A stretch of DNA of 64,000 bases, from IMG/VR virus record IMGVR_UViG_3300031555_001469. The stretch is one strand, 5' to 3'. The stretch comes from a virus. Its lineage: Duplodnaviria; Caudoviricetes. The notes beneath the pieces were generated by a model. That model was given only the letters and a program-made list of their open reading frames with translations. It ran no database searches and was not told where the DNA came from. The number at the start of each line of letters is the position of its first letter. The first letter of the stretch is position 1. The position numbers and the translations under genes are program-made. Positions 1 through 9,995 of the stretch are shown piece by piece.

Positions 1-401
1 TCTACCTTTCTCAAAGAGAAACAGTAAGAGCTTGCACCATATTCTGCACCTGTACTTACAGAGAATAATCCATCTACACCAGTGTTAACACCAACGTTAC
101 CGATAGAAGGATCAGCCTCTAACTTCTTAATTTCTTCTAATAAGATTCTAGCCTTTGGATGAGTAATATAAACTACTCCAGCCTGCTCGAAATCGAAAGA
201 AGCGAATTCATCATTTGCCTTGCCCGGCTTCTTGCCTGCAATACTAATCTTTAACATACCATTCCAGAAGTCAAACTTAATTGCGGTCTGGTCAATTTTA
301 GATTCCGCATTGTTTAAGCGGATACCCATTACAGATGGGTTATACATCTTCTGATCATTGTTACTGTAGTTTCCTGTTGAATTATAGTTTCCTAAAGCCA
401 T
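1..401 (-). CDS. Partial hypothetical protein (MALGNYNSTG...), runs off the window start
   Basis: ATG at 401 preceded by AAAGGAGGA; frame open to position 1 by manual translation. Confidence 0.7.
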   Translation of the reverse strand, partial: MALGNYNSTGNYSNNDQKMYNPSVMGIRLNNAESKIDQTAIKFDFWNGMLKISIAGKKPGKANDEFASFDFEQAGVVYITHPKARILLEEIKKLEADPSIGNVGVNTGVDGLFSVSTGAEYGASSYCFSLRKV

Positions 402-426
402 AATAAAACATCCTCCTTTTATACTC

Positions 427-708
427 TTATTTATTTAAGTTGCTGTTAGCAATCTTTTTCTTTTTTAAAATATCGTAAGTAACTTTACTCATTCCAATCA
501 TTCTCTTATGATTCTTACCGAGAATAAATGCTAAATCTATTCTAATTAATTCAGATGGTGAACCTGAAATAGAATAGGTATCCAATTTAAGTCCTTTACC
601 ATGTATTTCAACGGCCTTATTAATGGCATTCTGAATGCCTTCCCCTTTCTCTACCAATTCGAATATCTCAAATAGTAGTTCTTCTCTGTTTACTGATTGT
701 CCGTTCAT
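427..708 (-). CDS. Hypothetical protein
   Basis: ORF track 427..729; GAAAGGAG SD fits ATG at 708 (MNGQSV). Confidence 0.6.
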   Translation of the reverse strand: MNGQSVNREELLFEIFELVEKGEGIQNAINKAVEIHGKGLKLDTYSISGSPSELIRIDLAFILGKNHKRMIGMSKVTYDILKKKKIANSNLNK

Positions 709-744
709 TTTGAGTATCTCCTTTCTCATTTGGAAAAAATTTAA

Positions 745-770
745 GGCTACGGATCACAAGACCCGTAGCC
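745..770 (-). terminator. Intrinsic terminator
   Basis: Minus strand GGCTACGGGTC-TTGT-GATCCGTAGCC followed by TTAAATTTTTT. Confidence 0.7.
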
Positions 771-890
771 AAAGTTTTTAAAATCAATCTCATAATTAGA
801 CATCTCTGACACTAACTGACATTGATTCTGACTTCTTTCTGCGAATCTAATCCGATACTTCCTTTACAAAAATGTTATATTAATTTTAAA

Positions 891-2039
891 TTAATATCTC
901 ATCTTAATATCTGGATAATTCACATAAACACCGAAGTATTTCTCTTTATAAGTAACTTTCTTAGCAAGATCGTCTCTAAGCTTGAGTAAATCACTCTGAG
1001 CTTTGTAGAGTCTTTCTTTCTTATCGTCGCTTATATCTGGTTCGGAACCAAGATAGTCTTCAATAATACTGAGATTAGAATTAATCTGTCTCAGAATTTG
1101 AAGAGCTTCATCCTGATTATCAGTATTTCTCATACGCATACTAAGTTCGTATGTGTCGTCAAGAATGCCTTTAATATTATTCCACTTCAACTCTCTAAAC
1201 TTATTAGAAAGTTTTCCTTCTCTTAAAACAGATTCAATGAGGGCTTCATCATCAATTCTATTAAGACGTCTGATAACACCATCATATTCTCTCTTCTGGA
1301 AGTTGGAAGATGTCATACTCTTAGCCTTCTGCAATGTTTTAATTGCAGGAATACGTCTAAGTCTTACATCTTTGTATAATCTTAAAACCCAAGATAATGT
1401 AACCATCTTATTAGGCTGGCCAGCATTAATCCTGAATCCATTCTTAATAATCTTATCCAATGCACTGGATAAATTATCTCCATATCCACAAGCTACAACA
1501 AACTCATCAGCAAGGACTTCATCATCAGTTTCAAAGATACTTGTAAGCTTGATCAATGCGTCCTTCATACCATAAGCAAGTATTTCACTATAATGAATAG
1601 AATCGGAGATCTTAATAACTTCATTATTTCTTGCAAGATATACATCTATACAACGTCTAAGTTCTTCAACTGGCTGAGTGTCATTTACCATATGACCAAC
1701 TTCATGTAACAAAATAGCTGTTAATTCTCCAGGGGTAAAACCAAGAATTGGTTCGAATAACTTAGAATCTAATTCTAAATAATACTTATCAATTCTAATT
1801 CTATCGTCTGTCTGAATAATTCTATTTGCTGTGTCAGCTTCAATTACAGGGATAACTCTCATACCGAAGAACATGTTATCGTTTTCTGTATAGATTACTT
1901 CTAAACATCTACAATCATTAAAGAATTTATTTAATTCTCTCTGAAGATCTCTAGTGTTCTTAGCGTTTGGTTTTTCAAATACGAAGTTATACATGATAGC
2001 TTCCATATTGGAAAAATTGTAATCTAACACTTTTCGCAT
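891..2039 (-). CDS. Putative zincin-like metallopeptidase domain protein, probably head-associated
   Basis: LLHEVGH (HExxH) plus downstream E..ADEF; directly downstream of the capsid gene. Confidence 0.5.
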   Translation of the reverse strand: MRKVLDYNFSNMEAIMYNFVFEKPNAKNTRDLQRELNKFFNDCRCLEVIYTENDNMFFGMRVIPVIEADTANRIIQTDDRIRIDKYYLELDSKLFEPILGFTPGELTAILLHEVGHMVNDTQPVEELRRCIDVYLARNNEVIKISDSIHYSEILAYGMKDALIKLTSIFETDDEVLADEFVVACGYGDNLSSALDKIIKNGFRINAGQPNKMVTLSWVLRLYKDVRLRRIPAIKTLQKAKSMTSSNFQKREYDGVIRRLNRIDDEALIESVLREGKLSNKFRELKWNNIKGILDDTYELSMRMRNTDNQDEALQILRQINSNLSIIEDYLGSEPDISDDKKERLYKAQSDLLKLRDDLAKKVTYKEKYFGVYVNYPDIKMRY

Positions 2040-2066
2040 CTTAGTTCTCCTTTCTACAAAATAAAA

Positions 2067-2096
2067 CGCCTAGAGCCTAAACATAGACTCTAGGCG
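2067..2096 (-). terminator. Terminator after capsid gene
   Basis: CGCCTAGAG...CTCTAGGCG stem with T-rich tail on minus strand. Confidence 0.7.
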
Positions 2097-2115
2097 AATT
2101 TACCTTTTATTTATT

Positions 2116-3909
2116 TTACAGATCTACACCAAAATCGTTCATAGCGCTCTTAGAAATAGGATCTGTGTTAGCAACATGGTCTCTTAAGCCAGATGGGTTA
2201 AGAACCTTGATACGAGCCTGAACTGGCTGATATTCAACGAACTTCCATCTTTCGAAAGCATGGATTGCTGGTAATGCTGGGTTAGCAGCGTTACGGATTT
2301 CATTACTTACATACATCTGGTAATCGTAGATCATGTAAATAATTCTTTCTGTGTTTCTTGGGCACAGGATAACCATTAAGTCATTAGTACCACGGAGCTT
2401 ATCGGAGCTAATAAAGCTGTAAGTTCTCTTATCAGAGGTAACTACTGTCTTAACGAAATCTAAGTTTACAGGACCAATGTTAGATGGTGTCTGATATGTG
2501 TACTCAGTAGGAGTAATCTTTCTGATGATATCAGGACGACCAATAACAGTAATAGTCATGTTAGGATCATTGAGTACCTGTAACAGATTTGTTACATAAG
2601 TATCTAATGCATCCATGAATGTTCTCTGTCTCCATTCAAGGTGGTCATGTGCATAACCATCACGAGGAGCCATATCGTAAGTACGAGCAAGCTTCTGGCT
2701 TTCCGGCATAGTTAAGAAGGAAGTATCAAGATGCTGCTTGATCTTGCCATCCTTGTACTCGCCAAGAACTGTCTTGAACATGCTCATGATCTTTGTTAAC
2801 TGATTTACATTGTACAGAGCATTGATATCCTTAACTTCTTCCGGAGAAACAGGTGTGTTAATCGGAATAGCTTCTGGGATTTCATATGCCTTTGTAGTTG
2901 CACTCCACTTAACCTGGCAAGTCTTAAGCATTGCTGTGGAAGTGTCAATACGTGCAGAAAGGTTAACTGCAGTGATTTCAGGGTTAGAACACTGAATGAG
3001 GAACATGTTGTTCTTCATGTAACCAGAGATAACGCCTGTTACTACCTTAGTACCGCTTGCTGTAGCTACAGTAACGGCAACCTTTTCCATTACCTGACGA
3101 TCATATTCGCCATAAGCCATAGTGAAACGAACGTTTACGTCCTTCCAAACTAAAGCTTCACCATCAGCAGATGCAACACTCTCAGTGAACTTAGCATCTG
3201 GAGTAGCTGCTGCTGGATTATAAGTAACAACTGTGTCACCAGTCTTTGCATATGCAGTTACAAGAACCTTGGAGATGTATGTCTCGATAGAGAGATTATC
3301 ATCACCACGAGTTGTTGCAAACCAAGTAGCAAGTAAGTCTGTTGTTTCATTTTCAGGAAGAGCTACAGGACAGTTCTTGAATGGAGCTGTGCTGTCGATA
3401 GCATCCATCATCTTGTTCTGCTCCTTCCACATATCGATCTCTTCACCTTCTGGTGTAACAAGAGTTCTTGTTTCCATTGTAAGTGTGAACTTCGGAGACT
3501 TAGCAACAGTCTTCGGAATAGCACCCTTATCAAATACGTTATTCATAAGAATATTCTTATGAAGAGGGAATGTCATACCAATAACCGGGTTGTAAGAACC
3601 AATAGCTGCATATTCTAATACAGCGGCACGGTCATTAATGTACTGCTCCTTCATCATTGTTTCGTGATCTTCAATTTCCTCAGCAGTCATATGTTCATAG
3701 CAAGCAGAGTTCTCAACGAAGAAGTTCTCTAAAGCGTCATTGGTCTGTCCCATCATGACAACCTTAGCAGCTTCGCTAAACAGATCTGTGCCAGACTCCT
3801 GAAGGATATTCTGAGCTACGTCTCTGAAAGATTTAACGTAGGCGTTTAACGGATCCTTAGCATATCCACGACCTAATGTGGATGTCTGTCTTTCACCAAT
3901 AGTAGGCAT
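2116..3909 (-). CDS. Putative major capsid protein precursor
   Basis: 597 aa; strong SD; own promoter motif and terminator; acidic N-terminal propeptide-like region with xxE|S sites; lies in the head module near the prohead protease. Confidence 0.6.
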   Translation of the reverse strand: MPTIGERQTSTLGRGYAKDPLNAYVKSFRDVAQNILQESGTDLFSEAAKVVMMGQTNDALENFFVENSACYEHMTAEEIEDHETMMKEQYINDRAAVLEYAAIGSYNPVIGMTFPLHKNILMNNVFDKGAIPKTVAKSPKFTLTMETRTLVTPEGEEIDMWKEQNKMMDAIDSTAPFKNCPVALPENETTDLLATWFATTRGDDNLSIETYISKVLVTAYAKTGDTVVTYNPAAATPDAKFTESVASADGEALVWKDVNVRFTMAYGEYDRQVMEKVAVTVATASGTKVVTGVISGYMKNNMFLIQCSNPEITAVNLSARIDTSTAMLKTCQVKWSATTKAYEIPEAIPINTPVSPEEVKDINALYNVNQLTKIMSMFKTVLGEYKDGKIKQHLDTSFLTMPESQKLARTYDMAPRDGYAHDHLEWRQRTFMDALDTYVTNLLQVLNDPNMTITVIGRPDIIRKITPTEYTYQTPSNIGPVNLDFVKTVVTSDKRTYSFISSDKLRGTNDLMVILCPRNTERIIYMIYDYQMYVSNEIRNAANPALPAIHAFERWKFVEYQPVQARIKVLNPSGLRDHVANTDPISKSAMNDFGVDL

Positions 3910-3979
3910 AATTAAGTCCTCCTTTTTATATTTTATATAAATACATAGTTATACCCAAAATTAGATATTATGAGTATTT

Positions 3980-3991
3980 TACTATATTGTT
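3980..3991 (-). promoter_or_regulatory. Late-type phage promoter AACA-N6-TA upstream of capsid gene
   Basis: Minus strand AACA-ATATAG-TA; same motif precedes many structural genes. Confidence 0.65.
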
Positions 3992-4004
3992 AATAATTTT
4001 AAGC

Positions 4005-5147
4005 TCAACTATTCTTTTCTCGATTGATTTCACTCAGTAATTTATTAATATAACTGAGGGTTACCAAACATTGCTGATATGCTTGAGCATTTTCTATATA
4101 AGATCTAGTTGCAAATGATGTAGTAATAATATCATTTACAGTAGACTTTAACTGAACGATAGACGTAACAACGAAATCTATCTGAATTGCATTCTCAGAA
4201 GTCTTCATAACCGCTTTAATATCTTCTTCGATATTCTTAAGAGTCTTATAAAGATTCATAAAATTATCCAATAATTCAGTCTGTCTAATAGTAATTTGAG
4301 TAGGAGATAAATCAGCAAAAACCTGCTTCTCTAACTCTTTAATTTCATCATCTACTGAACCAGAAGTGTTATCATCTGTATTAGTGTCATCTTCTTCAGG
4401 AGCTTCTTCGGAGTCTTCTCCTTCTTCACCCTCATCAGATCCCTCTTCATCATCTGGGTCAGCTGCAGTATAATCTTCTATATCTTCACCGCCGTCTTCT
4501 GGAGATTCTTCTCCACCTTCATCAGATCCTTCATCTCCGTCAGGTTCAGATGCTGTATAATCTTCAGTATCACCATCATCTCCCTGAACCATATCTAAAT
4601 CTGATTCTCCATCTTCAGTTTCACCATCTCCCTCTGTATCATCATATCCAGAATCTGGATCATCTTCACTCGCAGGGTCTGGTTCATTTTCATCATCGGT
4701 AGCAGTATAATCTTCAGGTTCATCTTCCGATGCTTCTTCTGGTTCTTCATCAGGTACATCTTCAGAGCCGTCGTTTCCTTCTTCTCCTTCGCCCTCTTCA
4801 GTATCAGGAGCTGAAGCAGTATAATCCTCAGAATCATCGTCATCGTCAGTAGGGTTAATATCTGAAATATCATCTTCATTATCAGGTTCTCCTTCTTCAG
4901 ACCCCTCAGAATCTTCTGGTGCTGAATCAGCAGTATAATCTTCGGGATCTTCACCTTCAGGTGCATCCTCGCCTTCACTTGTTTCATCTGCCTCAGGGGA
5001 AGTAATTTCTTCCCCTTCAGCATCATCGTCCTGAGAATAATCGGTAGGCTTGTTATCGTCATCCTCTTCATCTTCTACAGTTTTTCCATTGATATCTAAT
5101 TCATGTATATAACCAAAGTTATATTTTTTTCCTGAATAAATTCCCAT
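4005..5147 (-). CDS. Highly acidic low-complexity protein with EDYTA repeats and helical C-terminus (scaffold/inner-head candidate)
   Basis: About 250 D/E-rich residues; DY[TS] motif six times; next to the capsid gene. Confidence 0.5.
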   Translation of the reverse strand: MGIYSGKKYNFGYIHELDINGKTVEDEEDDDNKPTDYSQDDDAEGEEITSPEADETSEGEDAPEGEDPEDYTADSAPEDSEGSEEGEPDNEDDISDINPTDDDDDSEDYTASAPDTEEGEGEEGNDGSEDVPDEEPEEASEDEPEDYTATDDENEPDPASEDDPDSGYDDTEGDGETEDGESDLDMVQGDDGDTEDYTASEPDGDEGSDEGGEESPEDGGEDIEDYTAADPDDEEGSDEGEEGEDSEEAPEEDDTNTDDNTSGSVDDEIKELEKQVFADLSPTQITIRQTELLDNFMNLYKTLKNIEEDIKAVMKTSENAIQIDFVVTSIVQLKSTVNDIITTSFATRSYIENAQAYQQCLVTLSYINKLLSEINREKNS

Positions 5148-5167
5148 TGGTTAGTACCTCCTTTGTT

Positions 5168-7588
5168 TTAATCGTCACTAGAATTAGGCGCATTAGGTAC
5201 AGTCTGATTGAAGTTAACCTTCATATTGTATTTAATACGCTGCTTCTGTCTTTCAAGGTTTCTCTGAATGACGTAAAGTTGTTTAAGAGCCTTCATATCA
5301 TTATTATCTTCTGCAGCTCTAATATACTTTTCGCACATCTTTAATTCGACTTCAATGTCGTCTAATATCAACTGACGTTCTTTATGCTTTAATTTACTAT
5401 TCATAGCAAATGCGCCAAGAACACCAATTACTGCTACTGCTGGGCTAACAGCATATGTAGCACCGGCTATAATAGCACCCTTAATAATCTTAGATGCTGA
5501 TGGCAACATACTTCCTCTAATGATAGCTTCTCTATTATCATTTCTAAGCGCTCTTTCTGTAGAGTCTCTTAATGTATTTAAAGAGCTATCAATAGTTCTA
5601 GATGCAGCCTTTTCTTTATCAGATAATTTAACTGCTGTTTTCTTAACTTTATCTGCGGCTAATTTAAGAGTATTTGCTATATTCAATTCATGAATAACAC
5701 CACTCTTTACACTAGTATTTAATTCAGATATTTCGTTAGCAGCTTCATAGAGTAACTTACTTTCTATAATAGAATAATCTATTGTAGAAGCATTCTCTAA
5801 TTTATAAATACTATTAGCGAGTGTACTCGTATAACCAGCTTTAGTTCTAGGTACAGGAGTCTCTATAATAGTATCTTTGTAATCTTCCATAGCTGTGATA
5901 AGTTTCTTTGTATCAACTAAATCATTAGCAATACAAGCAAACTGAGTAACCGCAGCTAATTCCTGGATAGTATAGTGCGGTAAGCAAGATATGATATCTT
6001 CTGTAAGATTTTTCTGTGGTAATGAATCTACAGATTCTGCTAAAATCATCATATCTACAATATCGGATTTTAAAGCAGCTTCTATATTAAAGTCATCATC
6101 ACCAAAGTCAAAATCGAAGTCAAATTCTTCATCGTCATCATATCCTTCTTCAGAATCTCTACTGAAGTTTTCGTCGTCAGTATGAAGATCTCTATAATAA
6201 TCGTCAACCTTCTTATAAGTATTATCGAGTTCTTTAAGATACTCTTCTAATCTCTTCTTAGTAGTCTCAGATTTAGCACTATCGATCTTCTTCTTGACTT
6301 TTTCTTTTTCCTTCTTAATATCATTACGAATCTTTTCGGTCTCTTTTCTTCTAAGTTTCATCTTGATACAATAGTTTGCAATCAAAGTTACACAGAATAC
6401 AATTGGACCGATAGCCAGTGTAGATAATACTACAAACTGTCTAATCATATTAAGAATAGATGGAGTACCATCTACAATATTATTCTTTGATAATACAAAG
6501 AATTTTGTAATGAATGTCTTAAGCTTCTCTGGAGTTTTCTTTGTATCTATCTTAAAGTTATCAATAAGTTGCTGAGCTTTATTAGTAGCTTCAGAGTATA
6601 CTTTAACACCAGATTCAAACTTAACGTCTAACAACTGTTCATCTAAGGAAGTAGATTCGGTCACTACAGTATCACCATTTACAATACTATAGGCTTCACT
6701 TAAATCTTCTTTATCAAATACCTTAGTTTCAGTTAAAATAATATTCATATTCTTAAGATCATCTTCTTCAAAAGATTCTCTAAATAAGAAATATTCAGTT
6801 ACATAATTAACCAGAGACTTTGTATCATAATGAATAAAGTTCTTATTAATTGTGTACCAGCAAGCTTCTAATGCAGTATTATATTGAACTTCTGTACCAG
6901 ATCTAAATCTAGATACTAATTCACATACTTCATCGATAGCAAGCTCCACATCAGAAGCCTCTTTGAAAATCTTATCAAGCTCAATATGTTTAGAAAGAGT
7001 CTTATGGTTATTAAGAATTCTATCACAGTGAATCTGTACAGCTAATGCCTCTTCAATCTTATGAAAAGCAGCATCTACAGCTTCTTCTACCTTCTTATCC
7101 TGCTGGCCCTGAGGGGCAGACGATACAGCACCTTTAACCTGAAGCTTAGCCTGGATATCACTTGCAATATCAGAAGCAGCGGATGTATTATTAGAAATCT
7201 TATTAGTTATCTTAGTAGATAACTTTGTTTTAAATCTTCTTGTTTTCATCTTAACGTAATTCATAGCCTGAGCACCATCTCTAACCTTAGGTGTTAAACT
7301 CTCAGCTATAGCACTAGAAAAAGTATTGATGTCTCCGATATTACCAGATTCACATACTTTTTCAAAAGCATCAATAATTTTATTGAAAGCAAGATTAGTA
7401 GTACTATCTAAACTTTCCCAGTTTTCCAATAAGTATTTAAAGTTATTTCTAGAGTAACACTCGTTAATAAATCTATCATGAAGATAAGCCATTCTATCAT
7501 ACCAATGATTGGTAATGAAATTGCTCTCAGATAAGCACTTTAACGAGTTAGCTCTATTCTTAATATTATACATAGTGACTTTGCACAT
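5168..7588 (-). CDS. Large putative inner-head/virion protein
   Basis: 806 aa; coiled-coil and hydrophobic segments; many [ILV]xE[SA] sites; head module context. Confidence 0.4.
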   Translation of the reverse strand: MCKVTMYNIKNRANSLKCLSESNFITNHWYDRMAYLHDRFINECYSRNNFKYLLENWESLDSTTNLAFNKIIDAFEKVCESGNIGDINTFSSAIAESLTPKVRDGAQAMNYVKMKTRRFKTKLSTKITNKISNNTSAASDIASDIQAKLQVKGAVSSAPQGQQDKKVEEAVDAAFHKIEEALAVQIHCDRILNNHKTLSKHIELDKIFKEASDVELAIDEVCELVSRFRSGTEVQYNTALEACWYTINKNFIHYDTKSLVNYVTEYFLFRESFEEDDLKNMNIILTETKVFDKEDLSEAYSIVNGDTVVTESTSLDEQLLDVKFESGVKVYSEATNKAQQLIDNFKIDTKKTPEKLKTFITKFFVLSKNNIVDGTPSILNMIRQFVVLSTLAIGPIVFCVTLIANYCIKMKLRRKETEKIRNDIKKEKEKVKKKIDSAKSETTKKRLEEYLKELDNTYKKVDDYYRDLHTDDENFSRDSEEGYDDDEEFDFDFDFGDDDFNIEAALKSDIVDMMILAESVDSLPQKNLTEDIISCLPHYTIQELAAVTQFACIANDLVDTKKLITAMEDYKDTIIETPVPRTKAGYTSTLANSIYKLENASTIDYSIIESKLLYEAANEISELNTSVKSGVIHELNIANTLKLAADKVKKTAVKLSDKEKAASRTIDSSLNTLRDSTERALRNDNREAIIRGSMLPSASKIIKGAIIAGATYAVSPAVAVIGVLGAFAMNSKLKHKERQLILDDIEVELKMCEKYIRAAEDNNDMKALKQLYVIQRNLERQKQRIKYNMKVNFNQTVPNAPNSSDD

Positions 7589-7658
7589 AATAAGATACCT
7601 CCTATCTCTTATATTCTTTTATTAATATAAAGTTCACAGTCTAGGGGCTTACAGTTGA

Positions 7659-7670
7659 AACATATTAATA
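7659..7670 (+). promoter_or_regulatory. Late-type promoter AACA-N6-TA
   Basis: AACA-TATTAA-TA upstream of the protease SD. Confidence 0.6.
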
Positions 7671-7702
7671 AATCAATAAGCCCTAAAAAGGAGGTTATAG
7701 AC

Positions 7703-8512
7703 ATGGAACGACCTATTGGATATTTGATCGCCGAGTCTGCTATGACTACAAAGGCTGTAGATATCACAAATACTAATTCCCGTCGTGTAGTAGGAGAAGG
7801 AATCCTGCAGGACATGGATGTAGAAAATAGAAACGGTAGAATTTATGCTAAGGTAGACCTTGAACCAGAAGTTAGAGGTGCTAGATTAGCAGAACTTATT
7901 TCTACCGGTAACTTAAAAGGTGAAGATGGACATCCTGCTTCTAAAGAATTAGCAAGACAGCAGACCATCGACCCTCAGTGTGTATGTGTAAAATACACAA
8001 AGGTTTGGACTGAAGGTAACGATATTAAGGCTACTTTCATAGGCACAAACAATGATCTTGGTGCAGCATTTGACCAGGATTTAAGAGATGGTGAATTACC
8101 ATCCTTCTCTTTACGTGCTTTAGGTACTATTGAAAACAAGAGTGGTAAAGCTTATGTAAAGAATATTAAGATTATTACTTGGGATAGAGTTTACTACCCA
8201 TCCCATAAGAGAGCCTATACTTCTGGTTTAGTAACAGAGTCTGCTATCGCAGCAAACAGAAGTGGTAATCAGAGAGTATTCAAAGAAAGTGATAAGGGTA
8301 TTATCTTACCTATCACAAATGAAGAAGTAATTGATATGATCAAGAAGGAATCTGCTAATCTTAACAGATTACTTGATAGCTTTACCTCTGTATATGAATC
8401 CATTAACTATAATCCAAAATCTAATCTTGTTGAGTTAAGAGATAGATTTGGTAATATGTATATGGTTCACGTAGAAAACTATATTCAGGATCAGATCATG
8501 AAATATTGCTAA
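7703..8512 (+). CDS. Prohead core protease (T4 gp21-like)
   Basis: Motifs NRNGRIY, GEDGHP, FSLRALG, ITWDRVYYPS; AAGGAGG SD before ATG 7703. Confidence 0.85.
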   Translation: MERPIGYLIAESAMTTKAVDITNTNSRRVVGEGILQDMDVENRNGRIYAKVDLEPEVRGARLAELISTGNLKGEDGHPASKELARQQTIDPQCVCVKYTKVWTEGNDIKATFIGTNNDLGAAFDQDLRDGELPSFSLRALGTIENKSGKAYVKNIKIITWDRVYYPSHKRAYTSGLVTESAIAANRSGNQRVFKESDKGIILPITNEEVIDMIKKESANLNRLLDSFTSVYESINYNPKSNLVELRDRFGNMYMVHVENYIQDQIMKYC

Positions 8513-8519
8513 AATAAAT

Positions 8520-8545
8520 CCCCTAGTAGATTTCTCTACTAGGGG
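8520..8545. terminator. Bidirectional terminator hairpin
   Basis: CCCCTAGTAGA-TTTC-TCTACTAGGGG between convergent genes. Confidence 0.75.
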
Positions 8546-8553
8546 TATATTAT

Positions 8554-8847
8554 TTATTTTTTGGACTTTAATGTCACTATTAATGAGTTTGCTTCATCAG
8601 TTACTTTTCTTTCTACCTTAACCAGGCAATTATACGCACTATAATTTTCGGTGGTAGAATGCTTATCTAAATCTGTTCTCGTGACTGATAATACATTGAT
8701 GTTTTCAAATATCTTTTCGATATCAATTACACTTTTAGACTCATTCATAAAAGTTAAAGACAATACTGTTGTGTTAGTAGAATCTTTTCTTTCGGTAATT
8801 AAAGTTAATGTATTAAGTTCAATCTTATTATTAACCGTTATCTTCAT
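8554..8847 (-). CDS. Small hypothetical protein, last gene of the rSAM-2 operon
   Basis: 97 aa, AAGGAGG SD, follows the Cys-rich gene. Confidence 0.65.
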   Translation of the reverse strand: MKITVNNKIELNTLTLITERKDSTNTTVLSLTFMNESKSVIDIEKIFENINVLSVTRTDLDKHSTTENYSAYNCLVKVERKVTDEANSLIVTLKSKK

Positions 8848-8876
8848 TGTACATCTAGCCTCCTTTTATATTATTG

Positions 8877-9962
8877 TTAATCTGTACAAACGCTATCACA
8901 GTAGCAATTGTCATCACAACCACAGTCATAATCACATACACAATTGTAATTACAGCAAGTACCATTACAACAATTATAGTCGCATGTACAATCATTACCG
9001 CATCCATCTGCGCAGTCTCCATAACATCCACAGTCACTACCGCATCCATCCGGACAGTCATAATTACAACAGTCTTTATTACAAGAACAGTCTGTTCCAC
9101 ATCCGTCTGCACAATCACTATTACAAGAGCAATCTGAGCCACAACCATCTGCACAATCACTATTACAAGAGCAATCATAACAGTTATCATGTTGGCAATC
9201 TGAGTTACAGCAATCATAACATCCATCAAAATTACAACAATCGCCATTGCAAGCTCCATACCAAACATCTCCACAGTCATTACAATCTGTGCAATCAATG
9301 CATCCTTCTTGACAGTCTCTATTACAAGGACAGTCATTTACACAACAATCTGTTCCACATCCGTCTGCGCAGTCTCTATTACAAGAGCAATCTGAACCAC
9401 AACCATGTGCACAATCACTATTACAAGAACAGTCTGTACCGCAACCGTCTGAGCCGCAACCATGTGCGCAATTACTATTACAAGAACAGTCTGCACCACA
9501 TCCATCTGCGCAATCGTTATCACACGGGCAATTGCTATCACAATAACAGTCATATACGCAACAATCGTAACACTTATTACTATCACAATCACAGTCATAA
9601 TCACAGCAGTTATTATCACAACTACAGTTGAAATTACAACAATCCTGATAGCAACTACAATAATCCTTATACACAGATGCTTGTGTTGAAGATAGAGTAT
9701 TAACTTGGCTAGGAGACATACCGCTTATATCGGTTGGTAATGTACTACCTTTATAATAATAATTCATTCTATCACTACTATCTTTAATACAAGCATTAAT
9801 CTGATTAATCATATTAAGCAGATACTGTTTATTAACAACAGTACCAGACGTTAAAGTTGTTGCTGATCCTGAAAATCCATATCTATTATAAGTTTTAATT
9901 ACATTAGAATTTATGGTATTCATATCAGCAGCTGTTAATTTTTCACCTGACGATATAGCCAT
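8877..9962 (-). CDS. Cys/Asp-rich repeat protein (about 80 Cys), putative radical SAM modification target B
   Basis: About 100-aa Cys-poor N-domain, then repeats such as DCSCNSDCADGCG[ST]; directly downstream of a radical SAM gene; SD fits ATG 9962. Confidence 0.8.
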   Translation of the reverse strand: MAISSGEKLTAADMNTINSNVIKTYNRYGFSGSATTLTSGTVVNKQYLLNMINQINACIKDSSDRMNYYYKGSTLPTDISGMSPSQVNTLSSTQASVYKDYCSCYQDCCNFNCSCDNNCCDYDCDCDSNKCYDCCVYDCYCDSNCPCDNDCADGCGADCSCNSNCAHGCGSDGCGTDCSCNSDCAHGCGSDCSCNRDCADGCGTDCCVNDCPCNRDCQEGCIDCTDCNDCGDVWYGACNGDCCNFDGCYDCCNSDCQHDNCYDCSCNSDCADGCGSDCSCNSDCADGCGTDCSCNKDCCNYDCPDGCGSDCGCYGDCADGCGNDCTCDYNCCNGTCCNYNCVCDYDCGCDDNCYCDSVCTD

Positions 9963-9995
9963 ACTTTTCACACTCCTATCTTTTGTTTACAAAGA

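Noticed and set aside
8877-9660. CRISPR-like array in the 42-nt repeats (also the 45-nt repeats near 43.3 kb)
   Set aside because: Repeats are in-frame, degenerate at third codon positions and lack unique spacers; they are coding repeats.
8651-9689. Long His/Asn/Tyr-rich plus-strand ORF (326 aa) and Val/Ile/Thr-rich alternative-frame ORFs
   Set aside because: Shadows of the TGT/GAT/AAT repeat codons of the Cys-rich gene; no SD and no independent signal.
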